From contig MU008201.1 of the NCBI GenBank assembly GCA_010909165.1, positions 310,001 to 374,000 of the forward strand: 64,000 bases of DNA. The letters run 5' to 3'. Each line of letters starts with the position of its first letter. Positions within the stretch are counted from its first letter, which is position 1. Shown here piece after piece: positions 13,174 through 25,857 of the stretch. The notes under the pieces are model-generated. The model searched no databases. It worked only from the letters and a program-made list of their open reading frames with translations, and was not told where the DNA came from. Both the position numbers and the translations under genes were made by a program. The stretch is from Anthoceros angustus (Eukaryota > Plantae > Anthocerotophyta).

Positions 13174-13869
13174 TGCGATGATGAGTCTAGAGGAGAGTGT
13201 TGGTGGTGATGGGTTGCACCAAAGAGAGCTGGGAGGTGGGATTATCTATGCTGCGAGCGCCGGAGGCGGATGTGCGGGTTTGCGGATGTGACAATGTGGA
13301 GGTGGTGAGGAGAGCGATGGAGGATTGTGGGTTTTATACCCCTGGCTTGGAGGAGTAGGAATGTGGGGCTGCGCGGCTAGTGGAGACTGACCCGCTTTGC
13401 AGACGAAATGGAGACCGCGTCGGTCGACCCGGCCATGACCCACTGGGTTGTCCTGTGATTACACGTCTTGCTTACACAACTGACTTGACCCGGGCGCGCA
13501 GTTCCTAAATATCGGGCCATCTGGATAGATTAGTCTTTCGGAAGTGCAACGTACTTCTGCACCTTGCCAATCGCGTCTCAGAACTGCATCGGGCATGTTA
13601 AACTGATCCATACAAACTTACAGGAAACAAGTATGTGCATGTAGCGTCAAGTCGATGGAAACCCTGAGTCAAAGATGTCCGATCCGTGGTCTCTTCGATG
13701 CACGGTGTCTAGGAGTCCCAGCAGCACCTGAGCTGCATCTTAGAGACGTTTGGACCTGAATCACCTCAAAGAATATACCAAACACTCTCTGGAAACGATT
13801 CCCGAAGTTCACCATGTACGTACACTCTGTGGCAGCTTCCGGGTACGAAAGTGCCTCAGTCTTTCATAG

Positions 13870-14160
13870 CACTATAAAGATGAAGGGCTTCCTGACCCAT
13901 GCCTTGCTGGGAATATCATGCTATCACGTTACCACATCTTTTTGAACAAGTCCGTCAAACAGTTTCTGAGCCATCTTTTTGAACAAGTCCGTCAAACAGT
14001 TTCTGAGCATCTTCCAAGCTGCCACACTTTGCATACATGTCTACCAATCTCTTGGCTACAAACACATCAGGTTGATGTCCTTGTTCTCTAATTTGTATAT
14101 TAAGCTGTTTCCCCGTCTCCAGAGCCGGGTTGCCGATACTTGCACATTATCAAGCCCTGC
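13870..14160 (-). pseudogene. PPR fragment
   Basis: Minus strand reads PDVFVAKRLVDMYAKCGSLEDAQKLFDGLVQKD...YSQQGMGQEAL. Confidence 0.75.
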
Positions 14161-14399
14161 AGATCTATCCCATGCCCTATAAGTACTGGCTTTCAGCCAT
14201 GAACGTCTCAGCAGGTGTCCTGACCGTGTCACAGTTTTGATTAGCCCCCTCGAGATAGTCCAGATGAGCCCTGGCTCTTGCTCAGCTTCTTGCTGATCTG
14301 AGCTACTCATCATCGCCACTGACACTGCATTATCTGACAACCCTTTCGCCCTACAGACCTTCTTAAACCCATTGTCACACATCTGCTATACCCGATGCT

Positions 14400-14968
14400 A
14401 CCACATTTGCCTCTCCTGTAGGCATGTGCATGGGTGGGCGAATCAGTTCTGGAGAAAGGGAAAGAGCTACACGGACAGATTGGAGAACGAGGACTTCAGG
14501 CGCATGAAGTTCGACGTTGCAGCCTGCCAAACATGTTTGTCGACTGTGGCAGCTTAGTAGACGCGCAACTTGTGTTTGATGGGTTTGCGATCGACGGACT
14601 TAGTCCAAAACGTGTGCTGACATGGAATGCCATGATAGGAGGTTATCCACAGGAGGGAATGGGGAAGGAAACCCTTTCTCTTCACATGGCAATGCAAGAA
14701 GAAGGGTTGGTCGCACCTAATTCTGTGACGTTTGTGTGCCTCCTGCACTATGCGCAAGTGTGCCAGCTTTGGGTCTCTGGCCAGCAGTTTGGCACACATG
14801 TGTGCAAAGTATGGCAGCTTGCAAGACACACATTGTTCTATGGTGTCGGTAAGAAAGACGTCATGATGTGGAACGCCATGATTGCAGGGTATTCCCGTCA
14901 GGGCATGGGGCAGGAAGCATTTGGCCTCTACATGCCTGTGCAAATGTGGCAGCTTTGCATTTGGGAAG
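14400..14968 (+). pseudogene. PPR fragment truncated by LTR insertion
   Basis: ORF 14434.. has LEKGKELHGQI, VLTWNAMIGGY and DVMMWNAMIAGY. It breaks at TTTGGGAAG|TGTGG, whereas B units continue TTTGGGAAG|GCAGC. Confidence 0.85.
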
Positions 14969-17900
14969 TGTGGAACACCGAATTTTGGGTCCACGGTTAG
15001 AAGAGAGGCGGATGCCTCCTAATTTTGTTCATATTAGCTAGGTTTTCTTTTTCTTTTTTTTCTTTTTCTCATCAAGAGATTGCTGATGGGAAGACAGCAA
15101 CGAGAAGTTGCCAGCTGAGAAGTGGGAGGACAGGATGGCAGTTCCCCGACTGGACGGATGGAACGTAGCAAAACCGGACCTAAGGAATGGTCCAACGGCT
15201 AGTCAGGACGGAGGGCTGGTCAGGAGGGTCGGAAAGCTTATGCACGAGGAGACAGGTTCGCCGAAGTCCGAACCTGGAGTGCCGAGGGTTGGTACCAGGC
15301 CTAGGAGCGGCGGCGCCAAATCACTCCCCGGCCGCGACAGACTGAGCATGCAGCGGGAGTAAGTTCCTACTCCAACTGAAGGACGCGCGCGCGCAAGGAG
15401 ATTTTCGCGAGAGACGGACAGGCGCGCGAGAGGAAGGAAAGGGGCAAGAGGAGCAAGGAGGGAGCGCATGCAAGACATATATAGAGGAATCGTCCTTGGC
15501 GCTTGGAGGAGGAAAATCGGGCGTTGTCCTTGGCCTTTGGCAAATTTCGGACAGGCTGAAGATTGGACGGCGGCGGGCGGTTTTAGGACTGCGACGTGGC
15601 AGCGGACTGATCCCCTTGTGCATGGCCCTCAATTTTTCTTTCCTTGGCCTTTGGTAGTTGGAGGATAGCTGAGATTTTCCTTGGCCTTTGGTGGTTGAGG
15701 AATCGCTAACGTTTTGCTAATGGAGGGAAGAGTCCTTGGCCTTTGGACAATAAGGGTCTTGTCCTTGGCCTTTGGGGTTTGGAAAATTCCCCATCACAGT
15801 ATATAAGGAAGTAGTCGGACAGTGATCAGTCCATTTGGGCTGATAGGAAGGATCGGAGGAGCCGGAGGCCAGGAGCCTCTAAAAAAACCACGAAGAAACA
15901 CTTAGCGAATTTTGGAGGAGAAGTCAGCCCAGGGAGAAACGGAGGAGATGAAGGCGCAATAGTCTTGGAGGAGTGCAGTCCGCCAGTAAGGAGGGAGGCG
16001 GCCACAGCCGGCAAAGGAGAAGAAGAAGGAGAAGTCTGTGAAGGAGAAACCCGAGAAAGACCAGGCCGAGAAGGAGGGCCAGGGTTTCTATAGCCAGCGT
16101 GCAAGTCTCCACGAGAGACTTGTGGGATTTTCGACAGGTCAGCGGCGACAACGCAATGGGCTTCTGATAGCACCTTTGGGCCTATTCTAATGTGGAATTG
16201 GTTGAGTCTTGCTACAAGCATCTTGAACTCACAGAGGAAGAAACGGAGAACATGGAGGAAAGGAACGTGCGGATAGATCCGAAGGGATGGACTGTCCAGC
16301 ACATTCGTAAGGTATATGGGAGGCCAGAGAGCGCAAGTGATGGTGTGGCTCCCATCGAGAGGAATGAAGATGGAAAAAGAGCAGTAGTGGCTGACCTTCC
16401 CGAGGAAGCTCTCAGCATGCTCATCGGAGGGGTGGACGCGAAGACGCGAAATGGCTGGAGGACAGATAAGATTGCTGACCTCAAGTGGAAGCTTTTTACA
16501 AGGATAGTGCTGGGGCTGACTTGCGCCGTGAACCACCTACTTGTGCTCTTTCATTTTATGTGGAAGTTGAAGCAAGGAGCTCACCGACTGGGGACCATGC
16601 GTCGCGCCTATGAGCATCATCGAGACAAGCTGCTGAGGCCAAACATCGTGGACAATGAGCAGGCAAGACATGCCCATTTGAGCACTTACCTGGTGCAGTT
16701 GTGGGCGGCACATGGGTTACTCACAGAAGAGGAGCTGGAGGAGTCTTACCAGCTGTTTGAAGTAGTCGCTCTGCGGGACGGTACAGGGGTCCCTCTCCAA
16801 AAGAACGTTAAGAAGGCAGAGGAGGAACCCAAGGTGGAGCAAGGGAGTGCTTCACCTCAGGTGGTGATCTTGGATGATGAGACCACCCCGGCGTCTGACG
16901 CCAAGGAAGGAGAAGTGTCTGTCGTCTAGGAGGAGACAGTGGCACAAAAGGAAGAGGTGGCAGTGCCACCAAGTGTACACGAGGCAACCCCCATGGAGCA
17001 GGATGGTGGAACTAACCCACCCCAGGAAATAATAGAGTCACAGGAGTCCCACCCAACATCATCAGTCAGGAGCGGAGAGACTGCCCAACGGGGAAAAGGC
17101 ACTCGGACTCGATCCCAGGAGGGGGATGAGAAAACTAAGGCTTTGAAGGATCTGCTGACCATCTATCAGCTAATTGACACTCCACTAGTGAAGCAGGCCT
17201 TGCAGGAAGTAGAGGAGTTGGAGGTGAGAGCTGTCATCAGGACAGCCGAGGCGATTGCCCTACAGTCAGGTGGGGAGAAGGATAGCAAAGCTATCAAGGA
17301 GATGGCGCTGGCGAAGGGGCGCCTAGTTGACCTGGAGAGAAGGTTGGGGCTCAGCAAGATTGAAGAGCAGAGGCTGAGACAAGAAAGTAGGGAGCGTGTA
17401 AAGGAAGTGGCCACCCTCAATCAGAAAATTGAGGAGACTGTCCGATGTGGGAAGGAGTGGCAGCAGCAACTCTCAGCCCTTCAGGCTGAGAAGAAGCAGA
17501 ATGGGGATGCACTGAAGACTGTCCTGGAGGAGGCTGAGGCTGCCCAAGCCAAGAATAAAGAACTGGAGACCAAGCTCAAGGAGCTGGAGGAAGGACAGGC
17601 CACTTGGAGTGAGGAACGTGAGGAGCTCACAAAGCAAGCAACAAAGGCTGACCAACGGTGGAAGGAAGAGGTGGCCCACAGGAGGAAGATCATGCATCGC
17701 ATGCTGGTCATCAGGAAGCAACGCTTCCAGGCTGACTATGCTTGGCAACAGGGGATACTGGAGGTATGGAAGGGAGATGCGGCCGAGAATGTTACCTTAC
17801 AGCTTCGTTTGAGTGAGGTGGGTAGCAAAGCATCCCTCTCGAGTGTCACCTCTCGAGGGTCAACAAGCTCGCCAAGGAGATGCGCTCCTTGTTGACAAGG

Positions 17901-18755
17901 AAGTTGCTGGGTCCCCATGATGACGAGAGGGAGATTTTGGAGGAATTGCGACCAGCTTCGGAGATTCAGGACCTGGAGAGTGAAATGGATGCAGAAGGCT
18001 CAGTTTGGGAGGAGCCAATGGAGGAAGAGGTTTCCAGCCAGCCGGTAGGGTTGGTGGGGGTGTCTGGCGGCGGGACAGGAGTTGCACCAACACCCAACCG
18101 CCTTGAAGTAATTGCGGCGGTGGCAGTACAGGTTGCTACAGAGAGGCCGGTGCCTCTGCAAGAGCGCCCCGCGAGAGGGGGCGACGTTCCAGCTTCGTCA
18201 ACAGCCAGCGTCGCCGAGACAGACGTGAAGGCTCCTGTCGCGGCGACGGGAGAGGAGATTCGGACGGGGAACAGTCCCCCGGCGAAGAGAAGGAAGACGG
18301 TGGCAGGGCGCCTGGCCATGCCAACGCCCAAGAAGAAGTAGGAAAACAGTTGGTAGGGGAGTGAAGGGGTCATCAAGACCCATAGGGGGTTAGTGGGATT
18401 GTTAGGAGGGTAGGTTAAGAACCTTTAAGAGGCCACCTACTTGAAACCGTAAGCAAACCCCATGCACCCCCCAGACTTAATTAATGCTAGGGTTTGGGGG
18501 AGTTCCTACAAGAGGGGGAGGAGCTCCCATGATGAAATGTCATGCCTTGCTCTCCTGACCTATGTGTGCTTGTTTGCTATGCAAGCGTGCGTGCCGACTG
18601 TGTGAGGGTGCATGGTGTCTAGTAGGGTCTTGAGGTGCGGTGACCAGGGTAAGGGCTGGGCCCAAGCCTTTCTTTGTTGAGGTAGCAGCTGGGAAGTATT
18701 TGAGCGGTGAGGGAGCGGCGTTGTGGTTGCAGCGACAGTGCGTCAGGCTAGTGTA
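14969..18755 (-). mobile_element. Truncated Ty3/gypsy-like (non-chromovirus, Tat-like) LTR retrotransposon fragment; candidate LTR 14969-15798
   Basis: Sharp left junction defined by the empty site. TGTG...CACA ends, minus-strand CCTCTATATA box (~15478-15487), repeated CCTTGGCCTTTGG motifs at 15490-15780, and a long ORF antisense to the LTR. No gag/pol, second LTR or TSD seen. Confidence 0.6.
15870..18341 (+). CDS. Long charged/coiled-coil ORF (retrotransposon accessory-type), broken by frameshifts or a stop
   Basis: Consecutive ORFs 16192-16929, 16939-17895 and 17880-18341 with E/K/Q heptads and a terminal PAKRRK/PKKK basic motif. The TAG at 16927 reads CAG in copy 2. Confidence 0.6.
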
Positions 18756-18808
18756 GGCATACCCAGCAATCAGGGTCGTCCATGTCACCACATTCTTTGT
18801 GGCCAAGC

Positions 18809-20245
18809 TGTGATTAAACATGGAGAACATCAAGCACGAAGAGAATGCTCGTATCACAAAGTGCTTAAGAATCAAATTTATGAGAGTGTGTGGCGCGACT
18901 TTCGCTGACGGTCAGCCGGGCGCGCACAATCCCGTGTCGATGTAGTAAGGGGTCCGTTCCCAAAGGGAATGATTGGTTCCGTTTTGCACGTCGCGGACCG
19001 ATTCTCGCCTCGTCGTCGGGGCAGTTTCTATCTGAGACCTCAACGCAATCGTTTTCACTCATAATTAGTCTTAAGCGTCCACCGAACAGGCCCGGCGTGG
19101 CCGAACGTTTAAGGACTCGTTCTCGTCCGTTTCCTATCAGTCCGTCCTATGTCTCGTCTAGTCCGTCCCTCCTACCACGCTCACTAAGCACGTTACCAGT
19201 TGGGAAATCGTGGGTGGGTTTGCGTCCCGGACCTCCGCCGCCGCGTTCAACGGGCCTCTCGTCCGGCTCGCACGCCCTCGGAGTTCCGCTGGTCTCACCG
19301 CCCGCTCGGCGCGCCTCGCCCGGAAGAGCAAGGGTCCCTGGTCGTCTGCTCCTGCACACATCACCACACGTTAGGGTCCATCACCAGGACGTGGATCAGT
19401 CTCTCCGGGGCTGTCTTGCCTGCTCAGTGACTCAGGACTCGTGCTAGCAAAGGACACAAAAGGGTCTGCAAAGAGAACGCGGTATTAACCCCAAAAGAAA
19501 GATGCTTTACTAGAGCGGCCTCTGCCCTCTTATACTACGCTCTGAGGAGGCGTCTTTATTACACTCCTATCCTGAGCTGATGTCCAGCTCAGTGTGCCCT
19601 AGCCCCCAGCCCTACTATTTCCCTTAGCCCACCTATCTTCGTCTACGGCGGTGGGGCTGAGGGTGCCCATGATTCCGCCCTGGCGCTGGCGGCCCAATCC
19701 TTAGCTCTGGCAGTTGCGGCGCACCCAATCGGATGATCCGCGAGGCGGGGCCCCTCCCTCATCCCGAGACTGTCAGGCTGAGCTACGGGCGACGACCTGA
19801 CGACCGCAGTGACCACCAAGTGTTCCTCTTCGCCCCCTCTTAACTCGCTGGTGGGTCCCTGCTCTGCGGGTCCACCAGGAAGCTGATCTGCCTGAGTGGG
19901 CTGACGGTGATCCCCCCTTTCCACCTCCTGCGTCCGGACCTTGGGGTCTGCCCTTGCTTCCAGAGTCCGGACCTCGGGGTCCAGTCTCGATTCCGGAGTG
20001 CGGACCTCGGGGTCCGGTCTCGATTCCGGAGTCCGGACCTCGGGGTCCGGTCTCGATTCCGGAGTCCGGACCTCGGGGTCCGGTCTCGATTCCGGAGTCC
20101 GGACCTCGGGGTACGGTCTCGATTCCGGAGTCCGGACCTCCGGGTCCGGTCTCGCGGGTTCCTGGACACCCTCGCCCAGAGCATTCTCCGGGGGTCCGCC
20201 TTCACCCACCGGACCCCCTGCTTGTCTTGGATCCCTTGGACATCA
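18809..20245. mobile_element. Second LTR-like insertion (~1.44 kb)
   Basis: Starts TGTGAT directly after a 53-bp PPR remnant and ends GGACATCA(CA), where unit sequence resumes. Absent from B units. No TSD, because about 1 kb of unit sequence is missing between the flanks. Confidence 0.5.
19965..20152. repeat. 33-bp tandem repeat x~5.5 (CCGGACCTCGGGGTCCGGTCTCGATTCCGGAGT)
   Basis: Directly visible; translates as PEVRTPESRPD repeats. Confidence 0.95.
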
Positions 20246-20792
20246 CACTATCGCACAGAGCTCAAGTGCCAGAACAAAACGAGCGACAAACAACGTCTGT
20301 TTTGAAAGGGGTTTCTCCTGTCAAAAGGGGTTTTGGAAAAAATCCCAACCCTATTTCTCCGAATACCGAAGCTGGGTTGGTTTTTGTTGAGTTTTGTAGG
20401 TGTTGATCCATCGGTTTCGGGCATTCTTGGCTCCGGCACCACTTCCTGTCCGGTCATATACACCGCGGTGGCGCCTTGCACTCGGGTTCTGGCTAATTCG
20501 TCGGTGTGATGAAGGGCCTGTGACCGAATTCTTCCATAATTTCGGCATGTTAGTTGTTTCTGCAATTTGTGTGGTTCTGTATGGTTTTGTATACCAGGGG
20601 GGGGCTAGGCGCGCGTAAGTGCATGCTTAAACAAGGGTATGCGCAAACTTGTGCGCGCACATATCAAAACGAGTGCGAAACATATCACTCGACTAAGGAA
20701 ATATGTCTTTTTGGAGGTCTGCAAATGTGACGGAAGCCCCGACGACATAAGAAGTTGCACAAATTGGCGTACGTCCACATGGACACACCTCA

Positions 20793-20922
20793 TCTATCTA
20801 TCCTATGCCCTAAAGCTACGAAGATAAAACCTCTATCTATCCTATGCCCTAAAGCTATGAAGATAAAACCTCTATCTATCCTATGCCCTAAAGCTACGAA
20901 GATAAAACCTACGAAGATAAAA
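20793..20922. repeat. 39-bp tandem repeat x3 near the left end of the transposon
   Basis: CTATCTATCCTATGCCCTAAAGCTACGAAGATAAAACCT repeated; collapsed to about one unit in copy 2 (~46427). Confidence 0.9.
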
Positions 20923-20949
20923 CCAAAGATACACCCTATCACCTTTCTA

Positions 20950-23900
20950 TCCTCTACGGTGTTTCCGTCTCCTTCGATGGTGACCTTGTGCCGGATCATC
21001 ATCAAACATGCCCTCAAAAGCACCAGTAGCCGTCCGGTTCCGTTGCTCTCCGCCGCTGGGTTCTTGTTGCGATTGGTGAACCGAAGTCGATGTCTATCAT
21101 CATCACCGCTTGTCGCACCACCCTTATGGATTTTCATCCGAATCATCATTTTCTCCAATGCATCTCCTCTCGAACTTGGTGGTTTGCCACATATCTTCAA
21201 CCCTATTACCTTCTTCCACCGGTAGATGTTGAAGTTCAAAAGCGTCTTGATAAGCTCGTCCGGACTTGTAGAGTGCTATCCCTTGCAAAGGAGAACCCAG
21301 ATGCCAAAATAAATGTCTCCGATATCAACGATCGATCCGGTGCTTGGGTCGCTTCCTCCGTTATGCAAACCCTCTCTATCACTGCTGTGTGGAGCCAATA
21401 TCTCCTCCGTAGGTACCTTCCTCAAACGCATTGCTATTCTCGTCACCCACCACGGACAACTAGGTAAGGTTCGTCACATAAGAAATCCAAGTCTTCCACT
21501 GCAATCCAAAAGGCCTGCTCGCCCGTCTGTCTCACATGGGACTGCAATCATATGGCCTCGTCGATCTCGGACACATCCCCATCGAATCTCGCCAACTCGA
21601 TGGTCGCGCTCCCGGGCCTAAAATTCCGAGATACACGATGTTGCGTGGTTCGCGAATCGGAGCCGAATGACAAAGACATCCGAACGTCGATGGGATTTAA
21701 GTTCCGCTCGGCCTCGTCCCTGTTGTACCACTCCCATGCTTTTGAAGATCTCGATGGACTCCTCCTCGATTTTGTCGCAAATATCGGTTGTGATGCCAAA
21801 ACGAGTTCCACCATACTTTGTCTCCGAGATAGATATTTTTGCATCGGTTCTTCGAGGGCTTTCCTAATGGCTCAATGATTTATGCGGTCTGCGTCAGTTT
21901 GCCATGAAGTGGACATAAAGGCGCCCCTTATATCTCGCTTCTGTATTCTCAAGGAACTCCAAACCTCCAACGGTTCCCAATGTGAACAAGTAGAAAGTGC
22001 CTTGCCACGAAGAATATAATCTCCGCCTCTTTCTTCCCTTGAAATTTTGAATTGATGTTGATAACTATGATTGTGCAAATTTCACCGCATCTCGTGTCCC
22101 TCTTTTACCCATCCCATTGGGCGGACAAAGCTCCCAAATCGCCACCCTAAACCATTTTCACTTGGATTGGGTGTATAAGCTGAAGCAAACTCATAAGGGT
22201 TTCGAGTGACATTGCTTTTTGTGCCCGAGGCTTTTAGAAAAGCACGAGAACATTTGGTCAATCGCATCATGTGTGCCCGACAAGAAGGAAGCCCACCTTC
22301 ACCTTATCAAGACCCGCTTCGACAAGCATACTCAAGTATGCAAACAACAACATATTCTTGTTTTCTCCGCCGTGTTGTCCAGCAAGTAAAACGCCTTCGT
22401 AACCATCTCATATGTGAGAATAACATCCCGGATGATATGAATAGTTAAGTTGGCCGTTCAATATTGGAAGTTCACATACACCGGTCTTCATAATGTTGTT
22501 GTATACCAAACAACCCACAACATGGACCCGGATGAGACCATCCGCAAAATCCTTTGGAGGCGGGGAAAATGTGGGAGCTCCGTCTTGCTTTGGTCCATCC
22601 TGCCTATCGCCATACCAATGTATTTGCTCGTTGGCCTTTACACTTCAAACGATGTTTTGCAAGTTTTAGTCGCCCGCCGATCGCCGATCGATGTTCACGA
22701 AGATGCCGCTCATGGACCTCTCAAAAAAGATCACAGAAAGTTGACCTTGGTCCGCGACGCGCATGGCTCACCACGCGCTGCGCGCACAAGTGCGCGCACA
22801 AGTGCGCGCGCCGCGGGTGTGCGACAGCACTACCACTAGTGCGCGCGCACGTGCGCGCGCGCGCGCGCGTGCGCGCACAAGTGCGCGCGCGCGCGCGCGC
22901 GCGCGCGCGCGCAGCGCAGTGCGCGCACGCGCGCGCGCGCGCGCGCGCCCCTCCTTGCTACCGTGCGCGCACGTGCGCGCAGTGCGCGCGCGCGCGCAGC
23001 GCAGGCGCGCAGTAGTCGAGAGGCCGGAGTGCTCATGATTCCATGGAAGTCAAAAGAAACTCGATATGAAATACCTTGTTCTTGTCGGTTGCTGGTCATC
23101 TCGATGGTCGCCTTCAACGCTTCGCATTGGACGATTTTGAAAAGCACTACACTTTGGTATCTTCACTTTTGGAAAATGTTTCTTCCATAAGGCATGTATG
23201 AGAATGAGAGACGGTCAACCAGCTCTTGAAACCTCCCGCTTGTAGTCCCGGAATATCTCTCCTTTGGTATATGAATCGCAAGTTAAAATAAACACATCTG
23301 CTCACCGTTAGCTTGAAAAACTTTTCCATCCAAGCAATGCATTCCGAACATGATCTTCGCCATGCCCTTGGAACTTCAATTCGATGACCATGGTGTGTTC
23401 GTTAGTACTGCTTCAAATGTTCATACCTCCGCCATCCAATGCGTAACACTTTTGAAAAACTTCAAACACAACATTGCAACTGCTCCCTGTGAGAAAATTG
23501 AGAACATTACCTGAGGTTGCTTGTTCTACCTCGATTCTTCTTTCCCAATTTCAGGCAAACATATCTGTTACAACAATGTGAAGACCATGCTGTATTTCTG
23601 CGCACGCCTTCATGGTCCTCTTCAATCTCCGGCTTGGATAATGTCTACGCTTCACGGACAATGGATTTGTGAAAGGCTCGCCCGGATGCTATTGCCGCGG
23701 TTCGCTCGCTCCTCCTTCGCAAAATTCCCATCATTCCCGACCTCCTCCATGGAGCGATGAAGAAACAATTTCATCCGCATTCCATCTTCACGCTCCTAAT
23801 CTCTCGAATTTGGCGTGGTATCCGGAATGCTTGGCCTACCTCCTCTCCCTTCTTCAACGGAGTTGTATCCATGACAGACCTTCCGATGCCTTCCATGCTC

Positions 23901-24126
23901 GGAGTGGTGTCCATGATTGTCACCTTCTCAATCTTCCGCGACGACGCACACGGGCGGCGTACCGAAAACATCATGCGTGAAACATTTTCGAGACCGCCAC
24001 CGCCGCTATGGCCTTCCATTCGCCCGCGACTCCGACCGCACGAGTAGGATGGAGAAGCGCCAGATTTCACCAAACCGGAGCAATCAAGCAACTATGAGAC
24101 GAAGCGTCGCTATGGAGTTTGTCCAT
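20950..24126 (-). CDS. DDD transposase, Sola-like / DUF7869-type, frameshifted, probably with an intron (copy 1)
   Basis: Stitched using both copies: CIAWMEKFFK..MPN, FCALWKKHFPKVKIPKCSRFSKCVQCE, KYIGMAIDGMDQSKTELPHF (~22565-22625), FYLQLDNT.RENKNMLLFAYLSMLV (~22321-22392), KVKVGFLLVGHTHDAIDQMFS (~22245-22305), HNHSYQHQFK. Start and end positions are approximate. Confidence 0.85.
22775..23012. repeat. Alternating (GC)n/(GCAC) tract inside a probable transposase intron
   Basis: Almost pure purine-pyrimidine alternation. Minus-strand AAG|GTATTT donor near 23075; coding motifs resume near 22716. Confidence 0.9.
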
Positions 24127-24525
24127 CCGTGTTTGAACGTTAAAATATGCATACATGATTATGGTGGCGAGTTTAACCCGTTATAGTAGCCGCCAATGTT
24201 AATTACCAAACGCTCGCTTGAAATAAGGGCTATAACGGAAACCTAACCTAACCTTCAACCCGCAGTTAGTTAACCCACTTAGGCAAGTTTGAGTTATTTC
24301 GCCTAAGATTGTGCATGAACTGCGGTTCTCCGCTTGATAAACTTGGCCCGACGGCGTTGAGATCTTGGCATAGGGGCAGAGCGTTGTTGCCGGTGCGGAG
24401 GCTTGATGCGCATGGTGTTCATCGCGGGTAAATGAGCGAATTAGTGCAAGAATGCTGTTGTGCGATGCAAAGCATGGAGGCGCTTCGACATAAGGCATCC
24501 GCATGGCGAGTGCACGATAGTGGAT

Positions 24526-24568
24526 CGCGCGCGCGCGCGCGCGCGCGCGCGCGCGCGCGCGCGCGCGC
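24526..24568. repeat. Perfect (GC)n microsatellite between the divergent genes
   Basis: About 21 consecutive CG/GC dinucleotides. Confidence 0.9.
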
Positions 24569-25857
24569 ATGTGCGATTGAGGCGCACAAGGCATCCGCGT
24601 TTTGAACATGAGTGCTGCCTTGAATCGGCGGTGACGCCCAAGTGACAGGAGACCTCAAGGTCGGTGGGCAACTCTATGGCGTTGAGGCGCGCACAAGGCC
24701 ACCGCGAGTGAGGCCGAATAAACCGCCGGAAGTCTTCGCGACTGTGTGCAAAAGGTGTGTGACAAAAGGCCTCATGTCCGGTGGCAGTGTGTTTGGCCCA
24801 GCCCTGTTGTGGCATGTTACACCCTTTGCTTGTTGGAGCAGGTGCTTGTTGTGGTCACCATTTGCTTGTGGCATGCTTGTTTGTATGTTGCAAGGGTGGA
24901 AGAGCTTGGCAAAGGAGCCTCGTGAAGAAGAGGCTTGTGAAGAAGAGCCTTCTATAAAGGGAGCCGAAATAGTGTTTGGATCTATAATTTGGCTTGTTTC
25001 ATGAAATGAAGACAACTTCAACATTCCATTCTTTCCCGCATGGTTTTGCCTGCTTTCCTCTAATGCTTGACGTGTGCATCCGGGTTGACATGTCCATCCC
25101 ACTGCAAGTGCAAACGCCAACTTTGTAGAGCCTCAACCTCAACCTCCAAAACGCAAAAGGATGTGGTCAATGTCGAAGGACGAGCTCGGAAACGAGGTGC
25201 AGAGGAGGTTCGGTGGTGGTCATGAACCACCAACATCCGCATCATCACCGTCAGAAAGTCGACTCTCCTCCCACAAGGAGCATCCGCGGGAAGAGTGGCC
25301 TTCACAAGGACATCACATGGAGGCCCAAGCCAAGCAAGGAGCATCGCCGGATGATGTGGCATCAAAATTTTTCGATGATATCGGATTGTGCTGTGGACCA
25401 CATTGGAGAATCCTTTCTCCACCGAGAAAAATGTGTTGACGAGATTTGCATGATCTATCGAGCAGGCTCTTGGACAAGGAATGGTGCATACATGAAGAAG
25501 GAACCGACTCTACCTGTGAGAATTTTGATCCCATCCGCCTGGTGAACGGGTATATGGATGCGAGGACATGTAAGATTGTGGTTGGGTACATTCTATGGGC
25601 TTGGAAGTATGAAGTCCGCCGCAATGCGTAATCAAACTCTTGATATGCACAATGAGGAGAAGTTCTTTTGAGGAATTCTAATCTCACCGCTGGTCGACAA
25701 CCGATTCCAAGGCGATGCAATACCCAAGACCGCGGACGGACGCCATGACAAGTGACAAGGTATGTAGACGAAGAGAATCGACCACCACTTTTTTCGTGAT
25801 TGCACCATCAGCTGTGCCGAGATGACAGGCGCGCATGGCCGCGACCGGGTACTGAGA

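Noticed and set aside
12473-13209. Plus-strand ORFs over the GLP genes
   Set aside because: Antisense shadows of GC-rich coding sequence.
19965-20152. 33-bp repeats as a CRISPR-like array
   Set aside because: Head-to-tail repeats with no unique spacers and no cas genes; eukaryotic context.
24240-24262. CCTAACCTAACC as a telomeric repeat
   Set aside because: Only two to three imperfect units, and not the plant TTTAGGG array.
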